Source: a virus
Lineage: Duplodnaviria; Caudoviricetes
Reading direction: 5' to 3' (one strand)
IMG/VR virus record: IMGVR_UViG_3300020264_000005
Location: 30,961-94,960 of that record
DNA length: 64,000 nt
This document shows, piece by piece, positions 47,701-55,902 of this stretch; position 1 is the first letter of the stretch; each line of letters starts with the position of its first letter. Under the pieces are notes generated by a model. It was given only the letters and a program-made list of their open reading frames with translations. It was not told the DNA's origin and searched no databases. The position numbers and the translations under genes were made by a program.

Positions 47701-50700
47701 CAGCACAGAAATCATATCCTCGTGCTGGATATGATCGTCCATCTGGTCGCTGGATGCAAATCAGCAATGTAACTACAAATACATTCGATATCAACGTTGG
47801 TCCTTCTTCTTACACAGGTGCTCATACTTTTGTAAGTGCTACATCTAATGGCGTTGATCGTCAAGATGGTACATTCACTATCAACGTAGGTAATGCTGGT
47901 TCTGCATCTGGTTCTACTCACCAGTTTGTATCAGCAACTACTAATGCTATTAAGCACGAACCTCAGTCAGCACATACTTTTGTAAATGCAACCTCGAATG
48001 CAGTCAAGCATCTCCCACAATCTGCACATACATTTGTAAGAACTACACAAGATTCTATCAACGTATATGCACCAGGATCTGCTCCTCTATGTGCAAACGT
48101 AGAGTCTAGCATCTCTACTGAGATGGAAATTCTAGATGGCATTCTTGAGTATGCTTCTAACCCAGATTCATCCACAGCAATTGAGCCTGGCTCACTTACC
48201 AAGAATACTGGAACTCTCTTTGATACCTCAGATATTATTACATATCCTGATAACTTCATCTATGACCAGAACAATGTCAGGATGGCGATTCGTGGTAACT
48301 ACGATGACTATCCAATCATTGAGGCATCTCCATATACCCAGAACTCTTCTGTTATCTCCTTCCTAGGTGGTGGCGGTGCTCTGGTTGATGGTTCTAAAGT
48401 TAAGCAACCTAACTGTCCTTTCCCTGGCTTGGAACTTGACGGTACTGCGACATTCCCTAATCAGGGTAAGTCGATGGTTGCATCCGCATTCACCATCGTC
48501 TCCTTTGGTGGTACAGGATATAAGGTTATCGAAGATGGTTATACCCAGTTGGTTTCTGTCTTCGTTATCTTCTGTGCTGACGGTGTTCTTGCTGAGTCTG
48601 GTGGTTATTGCTCCATCACGAACTCTGCTACTAACTTCGGTATCTTCGCTCTACGTGGTAGAGGATTCAGAAGAGAAGCATACACATTTGACGTTGGTAC
48701 AATTACCAATGTTTCTTCTACTCCTACTGGTAGAACTATCTTCACCGTTGGTGGACTTGGTAGAGAACCACTAGAGCACTATGTTGTCAAGATCGACAAC
48801 CACTATAACACCAACCCAGACATCGAATTCTTCATCGATTCTGTTGGTGCTGTTACGGTTGGTCCTCCTTTCTCTGCACAACTTACTATTGACAATGGTA
48901 CTGGCGATGCTGTTGATGTAACCAACGTTACTAGTGGTCAGCAGATCTCACCTGGCTCACTGGTTGGTGAGACTATCAGACTACACAGACCATCTATTGT
49001 TAACTCCTCCTCCCACACTTGGGAATTCGCAGGTTCTGGTACTAACTATCTTGCACTACCTGAAAACGGTGGTACTAAGGTTGTTGCTAACGAGCAGGTA
49101 TCTGAAGACTACGGTAGAGTCTACTGTTCAGGTACTGACGAACTTGGTGACTTCAAGGTTGGTACTTTCGCACAGATCGAGAACAGAACTGGTGCTATTA
49201 CCTTCACGGGTACTGTTACCATCTCTGAAGTTGAATTCTTGAAACTGAAAGGTGGTGACACGGTTGTTACTGGTTTCGACGCATCCAACACTCTTGGTGG
49301 TGCTAACTCCAGTGACTCCAAACTACCTACTCAGAAGGCAGTTAGAGATTATATCACTAACAACCTTGGACCTTACATCAACAAACCATACTCCACGAAC
49401 GCTGTTCCTAGAGCACTGGTTGAACTTACTGACTCTGGTAAGATTTCCGTTGACCAGATCCCAGCACTCAGACCATTTGAAGTTTACACTGTTGCTAACC
49501 AACAGGAAAGACTTGCAATTGAAGGCGCACTTGCTGGTGACATCGCGATTGAACAGGATACATCAACGTCATTCATTCTTAACAATGACCTTGATAGTCA
49601 GTTCCTCTCCTTCAGTGTTGATACTTCACTACAGTTTACTCTCGGTGATATCTTCACTGGTAGCGTATCTGGTGGTCGTATGCAGGCTACCGAATACAGA
49701 CAGGGTGTTGTATTCTCAATCAATATTAGTGACGGTGGTTCTGGTTACTCATCTCCTCCTAACATCACCATTACTGGTGGTAACCCACAGTCTGGTTCAG
49801 TCGAGGCAAAGGCAGAAGCAGTCATTGCAAACGGTGAAGTTGTTGCAATCGATATCATTGCATTCAACGGATTCAAGGGTGGTAAAGGATACACCATTCC
49901 ACCTACTGTAACCATTGCTGCTCCAGCAGGATCTGGTTTACAGGCACAAGCAAATGCACTAATTGAATCCAGACTGTATGGTGACATTGTAAACAGAATC
50001 AAACTAGAAGATACCGATCAATTCGATTCTAGTGATGTTCCTTCAGTTACTATTGATATTGACAGAGCAGTCAATACATCCTCTAATGATGCTAACAACT
50101 GGGTATCACTATCCTCTAACCAGATTTCTGCAACTGACATCGTATCTGGTGTTATTGAATCTGACAGATTGGCATCTGGTGGTGCTGCAAACTCCTTCAC
50201 GTTCCTACGTGGTGACCAGAACTTCGCACTAGCAGTTCAGTCTATCAAGGGTGCTGAGAAGAGATACTTTGCAAAACTAACTCAGAACTTCAATAGTGGT
50301 TCTAGTGAGATGGTATTCGCCACTCTACCTGAAGCACTAATCGGTCACGAGATTCTAAACAACGTTGTTGGTATCCAACCTAACACTAATATTACTGGTG
50401 TTCTTACAACTGGTGGATCAACAACAATCTCACTAAACAACCCAGCAACTGCATCAATCTCTGCTGGTACTGTTATCGAATTTGAGCGTGGTGCTTCACC
50501 TCTCATCTTTGATTCTACTTACACTCAGGGTAACTTCGTTGATACGATTGTTATTTCTAACGGTGGTACTGGATTCACCAACGGTCAGTTCTTCGATGTT
50601 GATCTAACTGGTGGTACTGGTACTGGACTCAAGTGTAACCTAACCATTGCTGGTGGTGCTATCAATGAACTAACCGTAACTGACGGTGGTACTGGATTCG

Positions 50701-53372
50701 ATGCTGACTTCAATATCACTCAGGCACCAACTGAAATTGGCGCTGGTTCTGGTCTAGTTCTACTTGCTAAGGTCAGCACTGTCAACAGACAGTATGCAAA
50801 CGTTGCAATGGACGTTCAGAGAGTTTCTGATCTTACCATTTCATCCGACCTTTACGGTACTATTGGTGTTGCAAGATTCAAGAAATCTCAGTTCACCATT
50901 GGTGCATCAGGTAATGGTTCAGTTGACCTAAACGTTGGTGCTGACTCTGGTCTTGACGCTGACCTTCTGGACGGTGCTCAGGGTGCATTCTACCTCAACT
51001 CTGGAAACCAGAATGCTGGTACTCTACCAACTGACCGACTCGCTGGTACGTATAACATCAGCGTATCTGGTTCTGCTGGTAACGCACTGAGACTACAAAC
51101 TGGTACTAACAACCCAACGTCCAACCCAACTCCAGATAACTTCGTTGGTGGTATTGTTGCTAACACGGTTAACAACAGTTCTAACCAGTTGAGTGACGGT
51201 GGTGCTAAGAACCTAGTAATGACCATCAGAGCAGGTGGTTCTAGTTTCGATGCTTCCTTCGGTGGTGTAAGACAACTTGCATTTACTGATAACGATAACA
51301 TGTGGCTCCGTGGTTCTGGAACTGGTGTTACCAGCTTCGGTTCATGGGCACTCATGTGGAACTCCCTGAACGATGGTATCGGATCAGGTCTAGACGCTGA
51401 CAAACTTGATAACAAGCAAGGCACTTGGTATCAGAATGCTCTGAACATTAACCTAGGAACTCTATCTGATAACAGACTACCTGACTGGATCGACGAAACT
51501 GCATTTAAGGATAAGATCGAAATCAGATCTTACAATGGTGATACTCGTTACAAGATCTACATTTCTGGTCAGATCCTAAATGCTACCCCATTCACGCCAG
51601 GCAACACAGTCAACCTGTACAATGCTAATGGTCAGGGTACTGGTGTTATTGATATTGACAACATCATTATTAACAATGACACGCAAGATAATGCAAATGA
51701 TTATACCATCATTATTGGTAGACTGACAACTGGTAACTTTGTTGGTGCTGAAACGATTGGTACAGCATCAGATAGAAAAGAATTCCAAGACTTTACTATT
51801 GATATTGGTAACACTATTCCTGTTGCTACTCTTGAGAGTGACGGATCTACCGCAAACCTCAGACTTGGTAGAAAGGATGGTATTGCTTCCTCACCAGGCA
51901 TCTACTTCAGTTCTTCTGCACTGACTGCAAACTACAATGCTGCAATTGTATCATCTGGTGGTACTGCAACCGATGGTTCTGGTTCACTAAACGTTCAGGT
52001 AGAAAACGCAGATGCATTCACTCAGAATGGATCCGTTATCTGGAACGCAGGTAACATTGAATTCCAGTCAGCAAACATTGCAGACACTGGAGTCAAGCGT
52101 GATGGCAACGGTGGATTCTCCGCTGGAACTATCACCCTAGATGTTGCTGGTGGTGCTGAACTGATTGGTGCTGCTTCACTCAACGTCCTGAAAGAAGGCG
52201 ACACAATGACTGGTGGTCTAACCATCGGTACTGGTTCTGCTGCTACACAGGGTCTATCGGTTTCGGGTGATGTTGACTTCCTCGCTACCTTAGATGTTAC
52301 TGGAGATCTGAATGTTGATAGTGGCACACTCTTCGTTGATGTATCACAGAACAACATTGGTATTAACACAGGAACTACTCTGATTGCTGGTCTAACTGTA
52401 GACATCCAAGGTGGAACAGTTGGTGCTCTACGCCTACAAGGACATGATGGAGCAAGTCATCACATGTACTTCGATGGCAGTAAGAGTGAATACTTCGATG
52501 ATGCAAATCATGCGATGATGTTCCTCTCCTCTGGATCACCATCAAGTACACATCCTGGTCAAGGCGCACACTGGATCTTCAACGGTAGAGCATCTGATAG
52601 AGATTTCATCTTCCGCAACAACTCTAATAACAAACTAACCATTCAAGGTGACGGTGGTCTCAATATCACAAACAGTGGTACTAACAGAGCAATCCAAGCA
52701 GATAATGATATCGCAACGAATTCAAACTTCGTTGCTGGTAATGCTGGTGATAACGGTGGTGCTGGTCTATCACTACTTGGTGCGACTGGATTCAGAAACT
52801 ACAGAGTCGGCAGCAACTTTGTTGCTAATAACATGTTCGCTGTTGAATACTCTAGTGGAGTTGGTGGTAACTCCTTCTCTGGTGGAACTATTATCGCAGG
52901 TCTGTTTGATGGTTCAAACGCAAGAGTTGGTATTAACACTACTACCCTCCAAGGTAATGACCCAGAAGCAAATAACCAACTAAGGGAATACATCCTGAAC
53001 GTTGGTGGTGACATGAACATCAATGGTCAACTATTCCAGAACAACTCTGAATTCGTTACCTCCAGATGGACAGAATCACCTAACGGCAATGATATCTACA
53101 GAGCATCTAAAGTTGGTATTGGTTTCACTACCGATAAAGATCCTGGCTATGCACTAGATGTTGAGGGAGACTTCAACGTTGTTGGCGCTACTTACATTGG
53201 TGGAGTCAAACAGTATCAAGACTCACAGGGTATCATCAAAGCATACAATGACACCATTCTGTATGATGTTGACTTGGATGCTAACAGCAACAGTTTCTCC
53301 AACGGACCAATTATTGTTGCCTCTGGTGTTGACATTGTATTTGGCAATAATGCCAAGTGGACCATCTTATAA
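41703..53372 (+). CDS. giant tail fibre/virion protein (beta-helix core with inserted repeats)
   Basis: YVSQQIGSDENDG..RTIKKA beta-helix cap; GLDADLLDG and VGINT fibre motifs; internal repeats. Confidence 0.85.
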   Translation: MSFNINSDKEFIRGGDPKLIGDNELTIRGGTGSSEREILRTQLDETTGLPRVGINRTGQRVNNISITTPGAGFTTPPSVIIGPPNVAGGIQALASAFIFNGEVVNIAINNPGSGYTVAPSVTITSESGVGATAEAFLDTVDFELDINGAIRTSTSIISDTARILNLDIDNFITPDANFRAPYLKNFMNNTGIPWDGNVIIQENSYRYFGANLYQALNTGKTDADKAPTHTDGIELNGEVQFRHIGFRVVDENSFAYNQTGDDGIFPRSVTPLLGDRSNKIATTEYVLNLATNDVGGRIYVSQQIGSDENDGRSAVNPVRTIKKACQLAWQTPGVKETVIVSGGDYVEDNPISIPPDASIVGDNLRLVIIRPANPGKHIMKFGDKNYIIGVTYRDKVDSIGDPVSTWDFAMVFDDKQRIIIDQDTNGDFGVNFPVGHQIFGPDQFRVDFQENTGLSSLQTGLEVVGVNTGSRAKIIGVKFDTELGASAYTTGELDVTLTSGSFLEGESFNYIVTGSAGTDLGLTVTETAGENKIKLTDNPSSDIPPGTYIYLDDTDDIDFTQGFYEVKEIDDDNAPNYWIVEVVPILNASTWDSTRTANIDLLSANIVTETVDTTSLSSIRAEGEVVSVDEDIVSQLPIQKIDFSLQGDPSIATGGFQNEQFGNAEDLGGIVIFTNELVGRDNFHDFKEGQEIEISGLPTSAPDLSFLNGKQRIYKVLEDADGRARRFVIPKKFPALTQADFDPGQNATVTSYSKSVTLSLLNSPNTFPLSTPVERRFQDACTFLRNNRDFIADEVVGRINDEFKTTHYSVYDIGGTPTASYTPSDVGYDPASGLVTFTVNNHGLNDGDGIRIADNGIVFTCAMDGYKTEHPAPQPHHFSSGKSLPILSSTTNTFTVNVGQTQPNQTFTPSNAVYDPSTGDLTLEIGTHSLSTGEGIVFEPNSLKFTCNMDGNQSVKSYPRPGIDPYAGKSVPLTGVTDTSITMNVGVSRPNQYFTPTDAQYNAATGDLTLTVGQHGLGVGRSVVINDNSLTFTCDQDGNATQHTYPRSGSDPYSGKSIEITAVGASTHTPTDADYDASTGVIVFTVNSHGFSNGDYVKIDDNALTYTCDLDGDATQHTYPRTNHDIASGRWFEINNKTANTFEINVGGSSYTGTHTFVSAASNSLQRQDGTFTVNVGAAGSASGSTHTFVTAASGAVKHEPQSPHTFAGAVTGAVKHLPRSAHQFKRAVADSITVGGSDFKIFLGTTSDVHTYVSGGTVKFGGQTYNISAFTYDNVASGTATITTSAPIPGLAEDSMVELDGILLSCSSGQKEYPAFNIKGSDDQCRQDVVHFINALIRDLEFGSNFNIIEAAKKYIVGAKIGFVENEIIQTVRGIEYARQLAILAMRNWREDNGTPSDPIYTPKYSALPRYFDDTVITSTATNAQGVACDDVRSAIDTLAYLWVDVLANNASGTYLDAAYLIARNKDAIADQALADTEARYPSLRLSDVNQRKCRRDVRFILASLIRDLVLGGNSGIITNAELYYTGSALTGVDASVLPQTRYAYERVEFYAKAAMRNWSGGDVIQTTPSFATYDSTNGTVVVNFPDPTQSITTNDRIAFQEGALTFQCDMGSGAANHASPTDNDRNYGKSLAITNVTSSSGVTSVTCNVGDAGTAAGVAHTFVSALTNATLIIYNPIDISTPVPKFEDWNTLVDASGSAAIAVHTPTDATYDPSNGDFTVTVNNHGLSTSNTIRIAPESFVFTCAMDGNKTEHALPGIGQNAYGNSLQITGTTTNTYTVNVGASGPGRGWTPSAADYNPATGDLTLTVGESHTLSVGEGIIIEDNSLNFTCDMDNNDSVKSYPRPGIDPFAGRSMPVTAVTADTITVNAGISRPNQYFTPSAVTYDANNGDMTVTVGQHGLGVGRNVVLENNSFTFTCDQDGNATQHTYPRPGSDPQAGKSIAITAVGATQHTVTDADYNAATGNLQLTVSSHGFANGDYIKVADGSLTFTCDLDGNTAQKSYPRAGYDRPSGRWMQISNVTTNTFDINVGPSSYTGAHTFVSATSNGVDRQDGTFTINVGNAGSASGSTHQFVSATTNAIKHEPQSAHTFVNATSNAVKHLPQSAHTFVRTTQDSINVYAPGSAPLCANVESSISTEMEILDGILEYASNPDSSTAIEPGSLTKNTGTLFDTSDIITYPDNFIYDQNNVRMAIRGNYDDYPIIEASPYTQNSSVISFLGGGGALVDGSKVKQPNCPFPGLELDGTATFPNQGKSMVASAFTIVSFGGTGYKVIEDGYTQLVSVFVIFCADGVLAESGGYCSITNSATNFGIFALRGRGFRREAYTFDVGTITNVSSTPTGRTIFTVGGLGREPLEHYVVKIDNHYNTNPDIEFFIDSVGAVTVGPPFSAQLTIDNGTGDAVDVTNVTSGQQISPGSLVGETIRLHRPSIVNSSSHTWEFAGSGTNYLALPENGGTKVVANEQVSEDYGRVYCSGTDELGDFKVGTFAQIENRTGAITFTGTVTISEVEFLKLKGGDTVVTGFDASNTLGGANSSDSKLPTQKAVRDYITNNLGPYINKPYSTNAVPRALVELTDSGKISVDQIPALRPFEVYTVANQQERLAIEGALAGDIAIEQDTSTSFILNNDLDSQFLSFSVDTSLQFTLGDIFTGSVSGGRMQATEYRQGVVFSINISDGGSGYSSPPNITITGGNPQSGSVEAKAEAVIANGEVVAIDIIAFNGFKGGKGYTIPPTVTIAAPAGSGLQAQANALIESRLYGDIVNRIKLEDTDQFDSSDVPSVTIDIDRAVNTSSNDANNWVSLSSNQISATDIVSGVIESDRLASGGAANSFTFLRGDQNFALAVQSIKGAEKRYFAKLTQNFNSGSSEMVFATLPEALIGHEILNNVVGIQPNTNITGVLTTGGSTTISLNNPATASISAGTVIEFERGASPLIFDSTYTQGNFVDTIVISNGGTGFTNGQFFDVDLTGGTGTGLKCNLTIAGGAINELTVTDGGTGFDADFNITQAPTEIGAGSGLVLLAKVSTVNRQYANVAMDVQRVSDLTISSDLYGTIGVARFKKSQFTIGASGNGSVDLNVGADSGLDADLLDGAQGAFYLNSGNQNAGTLPTDRLAGTYNISVSGSAGNALRLQTGTNNPTSNPTPDNFVGGIVANTVNNSSNQLSDGGAKNLVMTIRAGGSSFDASFGGVRQLAFTDNDNMWLRGSGTGVTSFGSWALMWNSLNDGIGSGLDADKLDNKQGTWYQNALNINLGTLSDNRLPDWIDETAFKDKIEIRSYNGDTRYKIYISGQILNATPFTPGNTVNLYNANGQGTGVIDIDNIIINNDTQDNANDYTIIIGRLTTGNFVGAETIGTASDRKEFQDFTIDIGNTIPVATLESDGSTANLRLGRKDGIASSPGIYFSSSALTANYNAAIVSSGGTATDGSGSLNVQVENADAFTQNGSVIWNAGNIEFQSANIADTGVKRDGNGGFSAGTITLDVAGGAELIGAASLNVLKEGDTMTGGLTIGTGSAATQGLSVSGDVDFLATLDVTGDLNVDSGTLFVDVSQNNIGINTGTTLIAGLTVDIQGGTVGALRLQGHDGASHHMYFDGSKSEYFDDANHAMMFLSSGSPSSTHPGQGAHWIFNGRASDRDFIFRNNSNNKLTIQGDGGLNITNSGTNRAIQADNDIATNSNFVAGNAGDNGGAGLSLLGATGFRNYRVGSNFVANNMFAVEYSSGVGGNSFSGGTIIAGLFDGSNARVGINTTTLQGNDPEANNQLREYILNVGGDMNINGQLFQNNSEFVTSRWTESPNGNDIYRASKVGIGFTTDKDPGYALDVEGDFNVVGATYIGGVKQYQDSQGIIKAYNDTILYDVDLDANSNSFSNGPIIVASGVDIVFGNNAKWTIL
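44161..48065 (+). repeat. Duplicated ~1.25-kb intragenic block, each holding four nested repeat domains
   Basis: About 44161-45400 vs 46815-48065; similar at DNA level, e.g. TCATATCCACGTCCTGGCAT in both; lone intact domain at about 46401-46720. Confidence 0.9.
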
Positions 53373-53399
53373 ATACCGTTGAAGATATAATATATCAAG

Positions 53400-53615
53400 A
53401 TGTCAGCAGGTTCAGAACTTATTGTTGATCAACTCAATCTAACTGGTGGTCTTGTCATTAAGATGATGACCACCAGTGAAAGAGATGCATATTTTAATTC
53501 ACCCGACCCGACTGGTAAAGGTGCATTGATTTACAATACAACCACTGGTTATATGGAATTTTATGATGGTGTTGAATGGACACCAACCAAAGCTGGTTAT
53601 CAGGTACAATTCTAA
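53400..53615 (+). CDS. small fibre-associated module protein
   Basis: TTSERDA..GALIYNTTTGYMEFYDGVEW; late promoter TATAAATA at 53368-53375. Confidence 0.75.
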   Translation: MSAGSELIVDQLNLTGGLVIKMMTTSERDAYFNSPDPTGKGALIYNTTTGYMEFYDGVEWTPTKAGYQVQF

Positions 53616-53630
53616 TATTTAAGGACGACA

Positions 53631-54221
53631 ATGAACAAAATTATTGCAACTAAAGATGTTGGCACTAACACTTGGACAGTAACTAAAGAAGTTTCTGCCT
53701 CAAGAGATCTTCACGTGTCGTTCGCTTTTGTTCGTGGAGGCGAGACTGAATTTGATTTCGAGAAGTTAAATTTCGGAATTAAAATTTATAGAGCTTCTGG
53801 TGAAAAAGAATGCCTGTTAAATTATAACTGGCCTCTCTCAGAAGCACTACGTCATAAGTCAAACAAAGCTCCATACTTGGAAGAGTTTGATTTTGTTTGG
53901 GATGTAGATGAGGCATATAAAATTGTCATTACTGGTGGTGAGGAAATGCAGCAATCATCTCACGAAAGTATGTTTGCTGTTCCTAGACCACCTTCACCTT
54001 ATAATTCATGGGTATGGGATGGTACTGAGTGGAAAGCACCAGTAGGACCATATTCACACACTTCGGAACTATCCGATTATCAAGTCTCTGGTTCATCTAA
54101 GGACACGTTCTCTTGGGATGAAACTGCAAAAGAATGGAAATTGGATGTTGATGAACCAAACCCAAGAGACGCATTATCAAGACCAGACAGAGTTGTTGAT
54201 CCTAACAATCCTGTTGGTTGA
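53631..54221 (+). CDS. hypothetical protein (possible fibre assembly factor)
   Basis: PPSPYNSWVWDGTEWKAPV..WDETAKEW motif. Confidence 0.7.
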   Translation: MNKIIATKDVGTNTWTVTKEVSASRDLHVSFAFVRGGETEFDFEKLNFGIKIYRASGEKECLLNYNWPLSEALRHKSNKAPYLEEFDFVWDVDEAYKIVITGGEEMQQSSHESMFAVPRPPSPYNSWVWDGTEWKAPVGPYSHTSELSDYQVSGSSKDTFSWDETAKEWKLDVDEPNPRDALSRPDRVVDPNNPVG

Positions 54222-54260
54222 TAAATAAAATTAACATCGTAATAGTAATCAAGGAATAGT

Positions 54261-55430
54261 ATGTCTTCCATTACAGTAGAAAAAATCAGATTGACTGGAG
54301 CACTACAAATTCCAGTTCTGACCCAAGCACAAATCGATGCTCTGTCTCCTGAACAGGGTCAGATTGTGTACAACTCTGATATCAACTATATCCAGATCTA
54401 TGGTCCATTTGATAACTGGGGACTAACTGATATTGGTACTGGTAATGACCTATGGGACATGGAGAACCAGTCCAATAACGGAACTAACTCACAACTCTTC
54501 AAGAGTCTAGTTGCTCGTGGTGATAACGAGGGTCCAGATGCATTCCAAATGGCTGCTTCATACTCGAATGACTCGGGTGCATGGGCAGGAAATACTCGTT
54601 TCTTGTATCAGTCTGGATTCCAAGGATACCAAACTGTTGCTATTCCTAAAGATGGTTTATACAGATTTGAAATTGGTGGAGCAAGAGGAGGAAAATGTTC
54701 TAACAGAGGTGTTACCATCATGTATGGTGCATCAGCAACTGGTGACTTCTATCTAACGAAAGACCAGAGAATCACCATGGCAGTTGGTGTAGGTGGTGGT
54801 GACTATTCTTCGCCTCATGGAAATGAGGCTGGTGGCGGGGGAGCAACGTGGGTCTTTGACTCCACAAACAATAATTTGTTGATGGCAGCTGGTGGTGCTG
54901 GCGGTAGTGCTGGTAACACTTGGGGCACGTCATGTACTAGAGATACAAATAAAGGTAGAGGACAATCTTCTCAGGGTGTACAAAGTTTCAGTTGCGCTTA
55001 CAACGTTTCTGCACCATCTACTGGTCAAGGCGGAAATGCTAACGGTAACTATCACGGCGGTGCTGGTGGCGGTTTCCAAGGCGATGGCGCTAATGGTGGA
55101 ACCCACTGTGGTAACGCTAGAGGTGGCGGCGGATATGGTTCTGGACTAGTTGGTGGTACAGGAAATACATGTTATACTACTGGTGGTTTTGCTAACTCTG
55201 GTGGATTTGGCGGAGGCGGCGGTGGTCAGTTATCTGGTCCTGGCGCTGGCGGTGGATACACTGGAGGATGTACGGCAGGACAGTGGTCCTCTTACAGCAC
55301 CCACGGTGGTGGCGGTGGATCATACAATGCAGCAACCACGAACAACTCAATCAGTGCTGGTGGAAACACTGGTGGCACTGGTGGTTATGCTGGTGCTGGT
55401 TATGTTATTATGACTTGGTTGAGCGAATGA
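54261..55430 (+). CDS. glycine-rich adhesin-like protein (polyglycine-II, ALK/LTK Gly-rich-like)
   Basis: GARGG..AGGGGAT..AAGGAGGS..GGFGGGGGG..GAGGGYTGG..GGGGGSY. Confidence 0.75.
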   Translation: MSSITVEKIRLTGALQIPVLTQAQIDALSPEQGQIVYNSDINYIQIYGPFDNWGLTDIGTGNDLWDMENQSNNGTNSQLFKSLVARGDNEGPDAFQMAASYSNDSGAWAGNTRFLYQSGFQGYQTVAIPKDGLYRFEIGGARGGKCSNRGVTIMYGASATGDFYLTKDQRITMAVGVGGGDYSSPHGNEAGGGGATWVFDSTNNNLLMAAGGAGGSAGNTWGTSCTRDTNKGRGQSSQGVQSFSCAYNVSAPSTGQGGNANGNYHGGAGGGFQGDGANGGTHCGNARGGGGYGSGLVGGTGNTCYTTGGFANSGGFGGGGGGQLSGPGAGGGYTGGCTAGQWSSYSTHGGGGGSYNAATTNNSISAGGNTGGTGGYAGAGYVIMTWLSE

Positions 55431-55639
55431 CATCTGATGAACATGTTCCTTTCCTTATGGTCCCTAGAAGGGTAAGTAAGGAAAGGTTTGATACTTGTCT
55501 TGAATGTGAACACTTTCGTCAATCATTAAAACAATGCAAAATTTGTAATTGTTTTATGCAAGCGAAGGTACAATTCCAAGATGCAAAATGTCCAGACGGA
55601 CGGTGGGGAACATGGAAACCCCGTAGGACTACTAAATAA
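55427..55639 (+). CDS. small Cys-rich protein (DUF6171-like)
   Basis: RFDTCLECEH..QCKICNCFMQAK..CPDGRW; ATGA-coupled start at 55427. Confidence 0.75.
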   Translation: MTSDEHVPFLMVPRRVSKERFDTCLECEHFRQSLKQCKICNCFMQAKVQFQDAKCPDGRWGTWKPRRTTK

Positions 55640-55665
55640 TACACACACTATTTCACGTGATTACA

Positions 55666-55854
55666 ATGGCACAAACACCTGAACAACTAAAAGCAAATTT
55701 TGAAGAACAACTCGGCAATGCAGAAAAACAGATTGCTGAATTGAAAGAGAATCTAGCGAAAGCAGAAGAATACAGACTGAAACTTATTGGTGGTATTGAG
55801 ACCCTAGCACTACTGAATCCACCAGAAGAAGCAGCAGAAGCACCAGCAGAATAG
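55666..55854 (+). CDS. small coiled-coil protein
   Basis: QLKANFEEQL..EYRLKLIGGIETL; after CTAAATA. Confidence 0.8.
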   Translation: MAQTPEQLKANFEEQLGNAEKQIAELKENLAKAEEYRLKLIGGIETLALLNPPEEAAEAPAE

Positions 55855-55860
55855 TCCCAG

Positions 55861-55894
55861 ATCCCTTCTTCCTAAATAGGTAAGAAGGGATTTT
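55861..55894 (+). terminator. Terminator hairpin with a late promoter in its loop
   Basis: ATCCCTTCTT-CCTAAATAGGT-AAGAAGGGAT followed by TTT. Confidence 0.75.
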
Positions 55895-55902
55895 TGTGTG
55901 TA

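Noticed and set aside
44161-48065. Duplicated fibre blocks as a diversity-generating retroelement TR/VR pair or invertible segment
   Set aside because: Both copies are in-frame direct repeats, differences are not adenine-specific, and no reverse transcriptase or invertase is present.
55268-55426. Trp-rich N-terminal extension of the Cys-rich ORF
   Set aside because: It is the off-frame reading of GGT GGC glycine codons in the upstream gene; the ATGA-coupled start at 55427 is more plausible.
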